Of a stretch of DNA of 64,000 nt, positions 27,869 through 35,713 are shown in pieces (position 1 is the stretch's first letter; every line of letters starts with the position of its first letter). The position numbers and the translations under genes were made by a program. The stretch is from Candidatus Dormibacteria bacterium (GTDB lineage: Bacteria > Chloroflexota > Dormibacteria > Aeolococcales > Bog-877), in assembly GCA_050734515.1 (NCBI GenBank), contig JBOHUM010000007.1:3764-67763 (forward strand), read 5' to 3'. The notes below the pieces were generated by a model, which did no database searches, was not told where the DNA came from, and saw only the letters and a program-made list of their open reading frames with translations.

Positions 27869-29454
27869 TCGATGGTCGAAGGAGGCTTGCTGCTGATGTC
27901 GAAGACCACCCGGTTCACCCCGGGCACCTCGTTGACGATCCGCCGGCTGATGTCAGCGAGCACGTCGTAGGGGACGCGAGCCCAGTCCGCGGTCATGCCG
28001 TCCTCTGACTGGACGACCCGCACCGCCACCACGTTGGCGTAGGTACGGAAGTCGCCCATCACCCCAACGCTGCTGATCGGGGTGAGGATGGCGAAGCTCT
28101 GCCAGACGTGGTGGTAGAGGCCGCTGCGCTTGATCTCGTCGATCACCACCCAGTCGGCGCTCCGCACCGTCTCCAGCCGTTCCTTGGTGACCTCGCCGAT
28201 GATCCGGATCGCGAGCCCCGGGCCGGGGAACGGCTGCCGCTGGATCAGGTCGTCGGGCAGCCCCAGCGCCCGCCCCACCCGGCGGACCTCGTCCTTGAAG
28301 AGGTAGCGGAGCGGCTCCACCAGCTGGAAGCTCATCCCCAGCGGCAGGCCGCCGACGTTGTGGTGGGTCTTGATCTTCTGCGCCCCGAAGGTGTCGGCGG
28401 CGGTGCTCTCGATCACATCCGGATAGAGCGTGCCCTGAGCCAGGAACGACACCCCACCCAACCGCCCGGTCTCCTCCTCAAAGGCGCCGATGAACTCCCG
28501 GCCCACAATCCTTCGCTTCTCCTCGGGGTCGGTGACCCCGGCCAGCGCCGCCAGGAAGCGGTCCTCGGCCTCCACCCGGACGATCTCCATGCGCATCCCC
28601 CGGGTGAGGACTTCGATGACCCGGTCCGCCTCTCCCCGGCGCAGCAGGCCGTTGTCGACGAAGACGCAGGTGAGCTGGTCCCCCACCGCTCGGTGCACCA
28701 GGGTGGCGGCCACCGCCGAGTCGACCCCGCCGGAGAGGGCGCAGATGACGCGACCCGGACCCACGCGCTGGCGGATCTCCGCCACCGCCTGGTCGACAAA
28801 GCTGTGCGCCTCCCAAGTCCCCGAGCAGCCGCAGGTGCCGTAGAGGAAGTTGCGCAGCATCTCCAGGCCCTGGGGCGTGTGGGCCACCTCCGGATGGAAT
28901 TGGATGCCAATCCGCCCCCCGGGCCCGGCCATGGCCGCTACCGGGCTGTTGGAGCTGTGGGCCACGGCTCGGAAGCCGCGGGGAAGCTCCTCGATCACGT
29001 CGCCGTGGCTCATCCAGACCGATAGCTGTTCGGGGAGGCCGCTGAAGACTCCGGCCGGGCTGTCCACCACCACCGAGGCCAGCCCGTACTCCCGCTTCTG
29101 GCTGGGTCGCACCCGGCCGCCGAGGTCGTGCGCCAGGAGCTGCATCCCGTAGCAGATGCCCAGGATCGGGATCCCCAGCTGGTAGATCCCCGGATCAGGG
29201 CGCAGCGCCCCTTGGTCGTAGACGCTCGCGGGGCCGCCACTCAGCACCAGCCCCCGCGGCTGGCGCCGCTCCAGCTCGCTGGCCCTGACCGTCCCCGGGA
29301 CCAGCTCGCAGTAGACCTTGAGCTCACGGATGCGGCGAGCGATCAGCTGGCTGTACTGGGAGCCAAAGTCCAGCACCAGGATTGTGTCCGTGCCCGTGGC
29401 CAGATCCGCCTCCGTCGACGGCCCACTGGCGGGGGGCAGGACAGTGGTGCTCAT
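27859..29454 (-). CDS. guaA: GMP synthase (glutamine-hydrolysing)
   Basis: 531 aa with a GATase domain (GICYGMQLL), PP-loop SGGVDSAV and the C-terminal end PPSTIEWE. Confidence 0.92.
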   Translation of the reverse strand: MSTTVLPPASGPSTEADLATGTDTILVLDFGSQYSQLIARRIRELKVYCELVPGTVRASELERRQPRGLVLSGGPASVYDQGALRPDPGIYQLGIPILGICYGMQLLAHDLGGRVRPSQKREYGLASVVVDSPAGVFSGLPEQLSVWMSHGDVIEELPRGFRAVAHSSNSPVAAMAGPGGRIGIQFHPEVAHTPQGLEMLRNFLYGTCGCSGTWEAHSFVDQAVAEIRQRVGPGRVICALSGGVDSAVAATLVHRAVGDQLTCVFVDNGLLRRGEADRVIEVLTRGMRMEIVRVEAEDRFLAALAGVTDPEEKRRIVGREFIGAFEEETGRLGGVSFLAQGTLYPDVIESTAADTFGAQKIKTHHNVGGLPLGMSFQLVEPLRYLFKDEVRRVGRALGLPDDLIQRQPFPGPGLAIRIIGEVTKERLETVRSADWVVIDEIKRSGLYHHVWQSFAILTPISSVGVMGDFRTYANVVAVRVVQSEDGMTADWARVPYDVLADISRRIVNEVPGVNRVVFDISSKPPSTIEWE

Positions 29455-29475
29455 CCGGGCTTGGGGTCGTCCACC

Positions 29476-30636
29476 TCAGCGGGCCATCCCGACCTGCTGC
29501 GCCTGCTGGAAGAGCTTGCCCTCGGTGAGGATGGCGGGGGCGATCACCAGCTCGGTCTGCTGGAACTCGGCGACGGTGCGGGCGCCGCAGACGCCCATCG
29601 CCGCCTTGAGGGCGCCCACCAGATTCTGGCTGCCGTCATCTACCCGGGCCGGCCCGAAGAGCAACTCCTGCAGGGTCGCGCGGGTGCCGACCTTGATCCG
29701 GGTGCCCCGGGGCAGGGCGGCGTCGGGAGTCGCCATGCCCCAGTGGTGGCCGTGACCCGGGGCCTCCTCGGCGGAGGCGAACACCGAGCCCACCATGACC
29801 GCGTCCGCACCCGAGGCCAGGGCCTTGGTGACGTCGCCCCCCACCCGCATGCCGCCATCGGTGATCACCGTCACCGGCTGGCCGCCGGCGCGGCGGTGGT
29901 CGTGGCGGGCGGCGGCGACATCGGCGGTGGCGGTCACCTGGGGCACCCCGATCCCCAGCACCCCCCGGGTGGTGCAGGCGGCCCCAGGTCCGACTCCGAC
30001 TAGGATCCCGGCCACCCCGGTGCCCATCAGCTCCAAGGCGGTGTAGTACTCGACGCAGTTGCCCACCACCACCGGCATCCGGGACTGCCTGACCAGCTGG
30101 GCGAAGTCCAGCTGCCGGTAGGAGCGGGAGATGTGGCGGGCGGTCAGGACCGTGCCCTGGACCACCAGGAGGTCGGCGCCGGCCTCGGCCACCAGGGGCA
30201 GCTTGCGCTCGGCGTCGGCGGGCGTGGTCGAGACCCCGCAGACCACCCCCGCCTTCTTCACCGCCTCGACCCGGCTGGAGATCAGCTCATCCTTGACAGG
30301 CTCGCGATACAGCTCTTGGAGCAGGGTGTTGACCCGCTCCCGGGGCGCCTCGGCGATGCGCTCGTAGACCTCGGCGACGTCGTCGTAGCGACAGTTGATC
30401 CCGTCCAGGTTGAGAACCGCGAGCCCGCCCAGCCGTCCCATGGCGATGGCGAAGCCGACGTCGACCACGCCGTCCATCGCCGCCGCCAGGAAGGGGATCG
30501 GCAGCTCCAGCTCGCCGATCCGCAGGCTGACGTCAATCTCCTCGGGATTGATCGTGACCTTGCCGGGCACCAGCGCCACCTCGTCGAAGCCGTAGGCCCG
30601 CCTGGCTCGCTTGCCCCTTCCCAGTTCTACGTCCAA
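29476..30636 (-). CDS. IMP-dehydrogenase-related protein, GuaB3-like (no CBS pair)
   Basis: The N-terminus [23 protein letters not shown] matches the GuaB3-family pattern. An IMPDH-like catalytic loop [11 protein letters not shown] is present, with no CBS insertion. Start proposed at TTG 30636, preceded by GAGGAG with an 8-nt spacing. The track ORF runs to 30699. Confidence 0.75.
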   Translation of the reverse strand: MDVELGRGKRARRAYGFDEVALVPGKVTINPEEIDVSLRIGELELPIPFLAAAMDGVVDVGFAIAMGRLGGLAVLNLDGINCRYDDVAEVYERIAEAPRERVNTLLQELYREPVKDELISSRVEAVKKAGVVCGVSTTPADAERKLPLVAEAGADLLVVQGTVLTARHISRSYRQLDFAQLVRQSRMPVVVGNCVEYYTALELMGTGVAGILVGVGPGAACTTRGVLGIGVPQVTATADVAAARHDHRRAGGQPVTVITDGGMRVGGDVTKALASGADAVMVGSVFASAEEAPGHGHHWGMATPDAALPRGTRIKVGTRATLQELLFGPARVDDGSQNLVGALKAAMGVCGARTVAEFQQTELVIAPAILTEGKLFQQAQQVGMAR

Positions 30637-30805
30637 GCAAGGCTCCTCAGCTGTGCCCGGGGTGCGCGGAAGCCGCCGAAACTTAGCGCCAGCCCGCACT
30701 CCAGCATACCAGACGCCCCAGCCCGGTCCCGCTCGCCCGACCCGCTATCTAGTGGTGGGGACACACGGCGCCTCCCGCATATGGTGGTTGGGCGGCGTCG
30801 TCGGC

Positions 30806-31483
30806 CTAGGGGCTCTCGAGCTCCGCGCGGATCACCAGGCGCTGGCTGTCCACCCAGAGGGGAGTGCAGGTGATCACGGTGATCCAGCTACCCGAGCTCA
30901 GGGGCTGCAACTGGGTGACCTGGGCCGGGTTCTCTGTCCAGAGATTGGTGATGCGGTAGGTGAACTTCTGGCACTGGCGGTTGGTGACCGTGATCAGGTC
31001 GCCGGCGCTGAGGGTGCCCAGGGGCTCGAAGTTGGGCTCGCGGTGGACGGCGTAGATGCCGTTGCCGGCCTGGCCCGGGCCCGGACTGCTGGCGTAATGG
31101 ACCACCGAACGCTGGGTGAGGAGCGCCCAGGTGCCGTCACCTGCCACGCCCTCGATCCCGGAGAGGCTGGGAAAGTCGATCAGGGCGTACTCGGCACTGG
31201 ATGAGCCGCCACCACAGACCTGGGAGGCGCCGGGTCCGCTCCCGAGGGCGGTGTCGATCTTGACCTTGGGCAGCCGGTGGGTTAGGGCGGCCCCGGGATC
31301 GCGCCACTCGCGGAGAGCGTGCTGGTCGGCACCCGAGCGCTGGAGCAGGCCCAGCACCGGGAAGAGGATGACCAGGACACCGACCACCACCAGCGCCAGC
31401 CCGGAGATGGTGAGGACCAGGCCGGTGCGAGGCCCCCGGATCAGCCTTTGCATGCCACGCTCCCACTGACCTCCCCGCCTCAT
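30806..31483 (-). CDS. Sortase-family transpeptidase
   Basis: It has an N-terminal TM anchor, a His motif (GNGIYAVHREPNFEPLGTLSAGDLITV), the catalytic Cys motif ITVITCTP and a conserved Arg (RLVIRAE). The start is either 31483 or ATG 31453. Confidence 0.8.
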   Translation of the reverse strand: MRRGGQWERGMQRLIRGPRTGLVLTISGLALVVVGVLVILFPVLGLLQRSGADQHALREWRDPGAALTHRLPKVKIDTALGSGPGASQVCGGGSSSAEYALIDFPSLSGIEGVAGDGTWALLTQRSVVHYASSPGPGQAGNGIYAVHREPNFEPLGTLSAGDLITVTNRQCQKFTYRITNLWTENPAQVTQLQPLSSGSWITVITCTPLWVDSQRLVIRAELESP

Positions 31484-31596
31484 CCTAACCTACGCTGAGA
31501 TCAGCCAGGCCCCGTCACACGGGTCGCGCAGCTTGTTACTCACCCGTGCCCGGTCCACAACGGGCCAATTCGGCAGCCGGGTAACAGAATCGGGGC

Positions 31597-32418
31597 GTGA
31601 CCCAGATGGCGACGCTCTTGAGTGGGCCCGACCCCCAGGCATGGGAAGCGGCCACCACCCGGGTCGGCTACTCCGCCTCCAAGATCCTGATCATCGACGA
31701 CGATCCCGCGATGCTGCGCCTGGTCGAGCTGATCGCTGCCGAGAACGGCTACGACGTGGTCACCGCCGCCAGCGGCGCCGCCGGGCTGCGACTGGCGCTG
31801 GAGACCGAGCCCGACCTAGTCCTGCTTGACCTGGTCCTGCCCGACATGAGCGGTGTCGACGTCTGCCGGCGGCTGCGCTCCGCCGGTGCCCGGGTCACCG
31901 TCCTAATGGTGAGCTGCCTGCACGACCCCGAGGACGTGGTGGTCGGGCTCGAGGTCGGCGCCGACGACTACCTGCGCAAGCCCTTCGAGGTGCGGGAGTT
32001 GGTCGCCCGGATCAATGCCCGCCTGCGCCGGGCTCAGCTACTCCGGGAGCAGACCGGGGTCGAGCGCTTGCACTTCCCCGGCCTCACCATCGACCTGGGC
32101 CGACACGAGGTGCGCCGCGACGGCCGCCAGGTGGCGCTCACTCCGACCGAGTTCAAGATCCTGGTGACCCTGGCCCGGCAGGCGGGAACGGTGGTTTCCC
32201 GGCCCCAGCTCATCTCCGAGGTCTGGCGCAACCGCGACCCCTACCGGGTGCACTCACTTGACGCCCACCTGTACCGGCTGCGGCGCAAGATCCAGGGCCG
32301 CGAAAGCGGAGCCCACTACCTGCACGCGGTGATCGGAGCCGGCTATCGCTTCGAGTACCTGCCCCCCCGCGACGAGACCAAGCCCACCGCCTCCCCCCTG
32401 CTGCGCCTGCCCCGCTGA
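31597..32418 (+). CDS. OmpR-family response regulator
   Basis: Receiver domain (KILIIDDDPAMLRLV...DLVLLDLVLPDMSG) plus a winged-helix domain (LTPTEFKILVTLA...GAGYRF). The start is GTG 31597 or ATG 31606. No adjacent kinase gene. Confidence 0.85.
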   Translation: MTQMATLLSGPDPQAWEAATTRVGYSASKILIIDDDPAMLRLVELIAAENGYDVVTAASGAAGLRLALETEPDLVLLDLVLPDMSGVDVCRRLRSAGARVTVLMVSCLHDPEDVVVGLEVGADDYLRKPFEVRELVARINARLRRAQLLREQTGVERLHFPGLTIDLGRHEVRRDGRQVALTPTEFKILVTLARQAGTVVSRPQLISEVWRNRDPYRVHSLDAHLYRLRRKIQGRESGAHYLHAVIGAGYRFEYLPPRDETKPTASPLLRLPR

Positions 32419-32437
32419 GGGTCGTCGCGGCTGCGCC

Positions 32438-33745
32438 TTACGGGTAGATGCCGCGGGCGGTCGAGGCCCTCGCCACCCGACCGACCGCGATCAGGTAGGC
32501 CGCCTCGCGCAGCGAGACCTTGTCCCGGGCGTGTAGCGCCCAGACCTGCTCACTGGCCCGCAGCATCGCCACCTCCAACTGGGAGTTGATTGCGTCCTCG
32601 TCCCAGAAGAACGACTGGAGATCCTGCACCCACTCGAAGTAGGAGACGGTCACGCCGCCAGCGTTGGCCAGGATGTCGGGCACAACCACGATCCCGTCTT
32701 CCGCCAGCACCGCTTCCGCGGCCGGGGTTATCGGCCCGTTGGCACCCTCCGCCACGATCCGCGCCCGCACGTGGCTGGCATTGGCCGAATTGATCACCGA
32801 TTCGACCGACGCCGGGACCAGCAGCGTCACCGGCAGCGCCAAGAGCTCCTCGCGGCTTACGACTTCGCCGGGCACCCCCGCGTCGACGATGCGTCCCCCG
32901 TGGGCTTTGCTCGCCTCTAACTGGTCAAGGTCCAGCCCTGCCTGGCAGTACCAGCCGTCATGGCTGTCCGATACCGCGACCACCTTGCAGCCTGCCGCGG
33001 TCAGCAGCCGGGCACAGGTGCGACCGACTTTGCCGTAGCCCTCTACCGCCACGGTGGCGCCGCTCAGGTTGAGACCGGTGTTGCGCATGGCGTGCATCAC
33101 CACCGTGGCCAGTCCCCGCCCGGCGGCCTCGATGCGCCCGACCGAGCCTCCGGCCTCGATTGGTTTTCCGGTCACCGAGGCCGTCACCGAGAACCCCTCG
33201 TGCATGGAGATGGTGTCCATGATCCAAGCCATGATCTGTGGACCGGTGCCAATGTCCGGTGCGGGGATGTCCCGCTCCGGACCCAGCAGCAGGCTGATTT
33301 CGGTGGTGAACCGCCGCGTGAGGCGCTCCAGCTCACGAGCACTCAGCCGCTGAGGATCGACCCTCACCGCTCCGGCGGCGCCACCGAAGGGCAGCGACAT
33401 CAGCGCCGTCTTCCAGCTCATCAGCATCGCCAGGGCCTTGGTCTGGTCCAGGGTTGCCTCGGCCTCGTAGCGGATCCCGCCCTTGGCCGGGCCCCTGGCG
33501 ATGCTGTGGTGCACCCGATTGCCGGTGAACACCTCTACCGAGCCGTCGTCCTTCACCACGGGGAAGTGAACCTGAAAGATCCGCTTCACCTCTCGGAGAA
33601 CGGCATGCACGTCCTCGTCGAGATGGAGTAACTCAACCGCCCGGTCCACGCGGTGCTGAGCGGTGCTGTAGAGATCCTCTGTCCCGGGCGGCGACGCGAT
33701 CACAAGCTCAGTATATGAGTCGCCTCCGGGGGCCAGGGTTACCAC
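32438..33745 (-). CDS. gdh: Glutamate dehydrogenase (Glu/Leu/Phe/Val dehydrogenase family)
   Basis: 435 aa with the GPAKGGIRY motif and a Rossmann GYGKVG motif. Confidence 0.88.
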   Translation of the reverse strand: MVTLAPGGDSYTELVIASPPGTEDLYSTAQHRVDRAVELLHLDEDVHAVLREVKRIFQVHFPVVKDDGSVEVFTGNRVHHSIARGPAKGGIRYEAEATLDQTKALAMLMSWKTALMSLPFGGAAGAVRVDPQRLSARELERLTRRFTTEISLLLGPERDIPAPDIGTGPQIMAWIMDTISMHEGFSVTASVTGKPIEAGGSVGRIEAAGRGLATVVMHAMRNTGLNLSGATVAVEGYGKVGRTCARLLTAAGCKVVAVSDSHDGWYCQAGLDLDQLEASKAHGGRIVDAGVPGEVVSREELLALPVTLLVPASVESVINSANASHVRARIVAEGANGPITPAAEAVLAEDGIVVVPDILANAGGVTVSYFEWVQDLQSFFWDEDAINSQLEVAMLRASEQVWALHARDKVSLREAAYLIAVGRVARASTARGIYP

Positions 33746-33786
33746 TGCAGGCGGGAAAAATCAGGGTGCCGTTTCTGGCTGGTGAC

Positions 33787-33815
33787 TTGACATGCTGACG
33801 TCGACCCCTGATTGT
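33787..33815 (+). promoter_or_regulatory. Candidate promoter for the Arg-rich protein gene
   Basis: TTGACA (33787-33792), a 17-nt spacer, then GATTGT (33810-33815). An alternative -10, CACAAT, lies at 33820-33825. About 140 nt upstream of ATG 33963. Confidence 0.35.
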
Positions 33816-33828
33816 GTGGCACAATCAG
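33808..33828. promoter_or_regulatory. Perfect 9-bp inverted repeat (operator-like or hairpin)
   Basis: CTGATTGTG-tgg-CACAATCAG, verified base by base. It overlaps both candidate -10 hexamers in the gdh / Arg-rich-gene divergent region. Confidence 0.6.
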
Positions 33829-33962
33829 TTCGGCGCCGGAAGCAAGCGCCCCGGTTACACCACAATCCAACGTCCGATCACAACCGGCCTCACCTCAGGC
33901 ATAGCCCTGGTCTTCGAGGTGTTGCACCAGCAGCACCCCAGCAACAAGGAGGAACTCGACCC

Positions 33963-34580
33963 ATGCCTCGAACGACAAGGCGAACTGGAGCCCGGCGCGC
34001 AACCGCGCGGCCAGCTGCCAGGACCACCCGAAGGCGTACCACGGCGCGGAGCGCCACTCCGCGGCGGACGACCGCACGGCGGACCTCTGCGGTGCGCGCC
34101 ACCACCAAGCGCGCGGCACCCAGGCGAACCACGGCTCGTCGGCCAGCGCGTCCCGCGGCTCGCGCTGCCAGCGCCGCCCTGACAAAGTCGGTGGCGACCC
34201 AGATCAAGGCCCTCGAGAAGCGGCTGGCAGAGCTGGAAAAGAAGCTGAGCGCGGCCGCGACCAGTGCCGCTCCCGCTCGCAGCCCCCGGCGGCCCGCTCG
34301 CCGCACCACGGCGACCACCCGGCGTCGCACCACCCGCACCGCACCAGCGCGTCGGCGCAGCGCCACCACTCGCACCTCGACGGCACGCCGCTCCGCCAGC
34401 CCGACCCGGCGGGGCCGGGCGAGCGCAGCCTCCTCCACAACCGGAGCGACCAAGCGCGCCGCGCGCACCCGCCGCCCAGGGACCGCCGCGGCCCGTGGCG
34501 CCCGGGCAGTGGCCAAGCCGGTTCGTCGCAGCACGCGGCGTCGGGGTCGGGTGACCCTAGCCGCGACAAGCGCCTCCTGA
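33963..34580 (+). CDS. Ultra-basic Arg/Thr/Ala-rich low-complexity protein with a central coiled-coil (histone-H1-like in composition)
   Basis: ATG 33963 is preceded by AAGGAGG with about 9 nt of spacing. 205 aa containing, by my count, 54 R, 51 A, 39 T and 8 K. Only 3 acidic residues occur, all in the central helix VATQIKALEKRLAELEKKLSAA. RRTTAR-like motifs recur. A stem-loop terminator follows. Confidence 0.6.
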   Translation: MPRTTRRTGARRATARPAARTTRRRTTARSATPRRTTARRTSAVRATTKRAAPRRTTARRPARPAARAASAALTKSVATQIKALEKRLAELEKKLSAAATSAAPARSPRRPARRTTATTRRRTTRTAPARRRSATTRTSTARRSASPTRRGRASAASSTTGATKRAARTRRPGTAAARGARAVAKPVRRSTRRRGRVTLAATSAS

Positions 34581-34600
34581 CGCTCCGCGCTTCAGGCTGA

Positions 34601-34631
34601 AGCGGACGGGCGTGGGGGCCCGTCCGCTTTT
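34601..34631 (+). terminator. Rho-independent-type terminator hairpin (possibly bidirectional)
   Basis: GCGGACGGGC (34602-34611), loop GTGGGG, GCCCGTCCGC (34618-34627), then TTTT. The 10-bp stem is perfect. It sits between convergent stops at 34580 (+) and 34638 (-). Confidence 0.7.
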
Positions 34632-34637
34632 CCGACC

Positions 34638-35678
34638 CTAGTGCCGGTCAGCCACCAGGCGCATGAGTCGGTCCGCCGCCTCCACGACCTCCTCGTAGCT
34701 CACGTCCAGATGGGTCACGCAGCGGACCGTGTGGCTGCCGAACGCAACCATTAGGACTTGCTGAGATGCGGCCTCGGCCACGAACTGCTCAGCAGGGCCG
34801 TCCGTCTCGATGAGCACGATGTTGGTCTGAACCCGATCGGGAGCGACCCGAATCCCCGGCTGATCGGTCAGTGCTTCCGCCAGCGCTTGGGCGCTGCGGT
34901 GATCTTGGTGCAGGCGATCCAGGTTGTGCTCCAGGGCGTACAGGCCCGCTGCCGCCACCACCCCGACCTGGCGCATTCCTCCACCGAGACGCTTGCGCCA
35001 CTGATGCGCCCGCACTCGCGCGGCGGCGCTACCCACCCAGAGGGTGCCAACCGGGCAACCCAGCCCCTTGGACAAGGAGAAGGTGGCACTGTCTGCCGCT
35101 GCCACCACGTCTGCCGGAGTGCACCCGAGGTGGGTCGCGGCATTGGCCACCCTGGCCCCGTCGAGATGGACCGCAAGCCCGAGGTCGCGGGCCGTCTCGC
35201 AGGCCCCGCGGAGGCGGTCGAGGGCGGCCACCGTGCCACCGCGACGATTGTGGCTCTGCTCCAGGCAGAGCAAGGAGGTGCGTGGTTCGTGGTCTGGATC
35301 GCCCAGCCGACGCAGCTCGCGCAACTGCTCCGGCAGGGGACATCCGGCATCCTCGGCATCGAAGCAACGCAGCTGAACGCCCGCCACCATCGAGGCCCCC
35401 GCCAACTCGTAATTCAGGATGTGGGACTCGGTGTCGAGCAGCACCTCGTCGCCAGGGGTGGTCGCCGCGGCGACGGAAACCAGATTAGCCATGGTCCCGG
35501 AAGCACAGAAGAGCGCCGCCTCCTTGCCCAGGAGCGAAGCCACCGCCGACTCTAGCCGATTGACGGTGGGGTCCTCACCAAAGACGTCGTCGCCAACCTC
35601 GGCCTCCGCCATCGCCTGGCGCATGGCCGGGGAGGGTCTGGTCACGGTGTCGCTGCGCAAGTCGATCGGATGGCTCAC
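34638..35678 (-). CDS. ltaE: Low-specificity L-threonine aldolase
   Basis: 346 aa with the N-terminal DLRSDTVTRPSPAMRQAM...GDDVFGEDPTVNRLE pattern typical of threonine aldolases. Confidence 0.85.
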   Translation of the reverse strand: MSHPIDLRSDTVTRPSPAMRQAMAEAEVGDDVFGEDPTVNRLESAVASLLGKEAALFCASGTMANLVSVAAATTPGDEVLLDTESHILNYELAGASMVAGVQLRCFDAEDAGCPLPEQLRELRRLGDPDHEPRTSLLCLEQSHNRRGGTVAALDRLRGACETARDLGLAVHLDGARVANAATHLGCTPADVVAAADSATFSLSKGLGCPVGTLWVGSAAARVRAHQWRKRLGGGMRQVGVVAAAGLYALEHNLDRLHQDHRSAQALAEALTDQPGIRVAPDRVQTNIVLIETDGPAEQFVAEAASQQVLMVAFGSHTVRCVTHLDVSYEEVVEAADRLMRLVADRH

Positions 35679-35713
35679 TCGCCGCCCATGCTAAGCGCGA
35701 TCGGGCCGACCCT

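Noticed and set aside
33890-34534. A 214-aa Arg-rich ORF antisense to the Arg/Thr/Ala-rich gene, plus other overlapping frames (33814-34182 +, 34204-34569 -).
   Set aside because: They are mirror images of the same low-complexity CGN/GCN/ACN repeat DNA. Only the + strand frame from ATG 33963 has an SD, an upstream promoter candidate and a downstream terminator.
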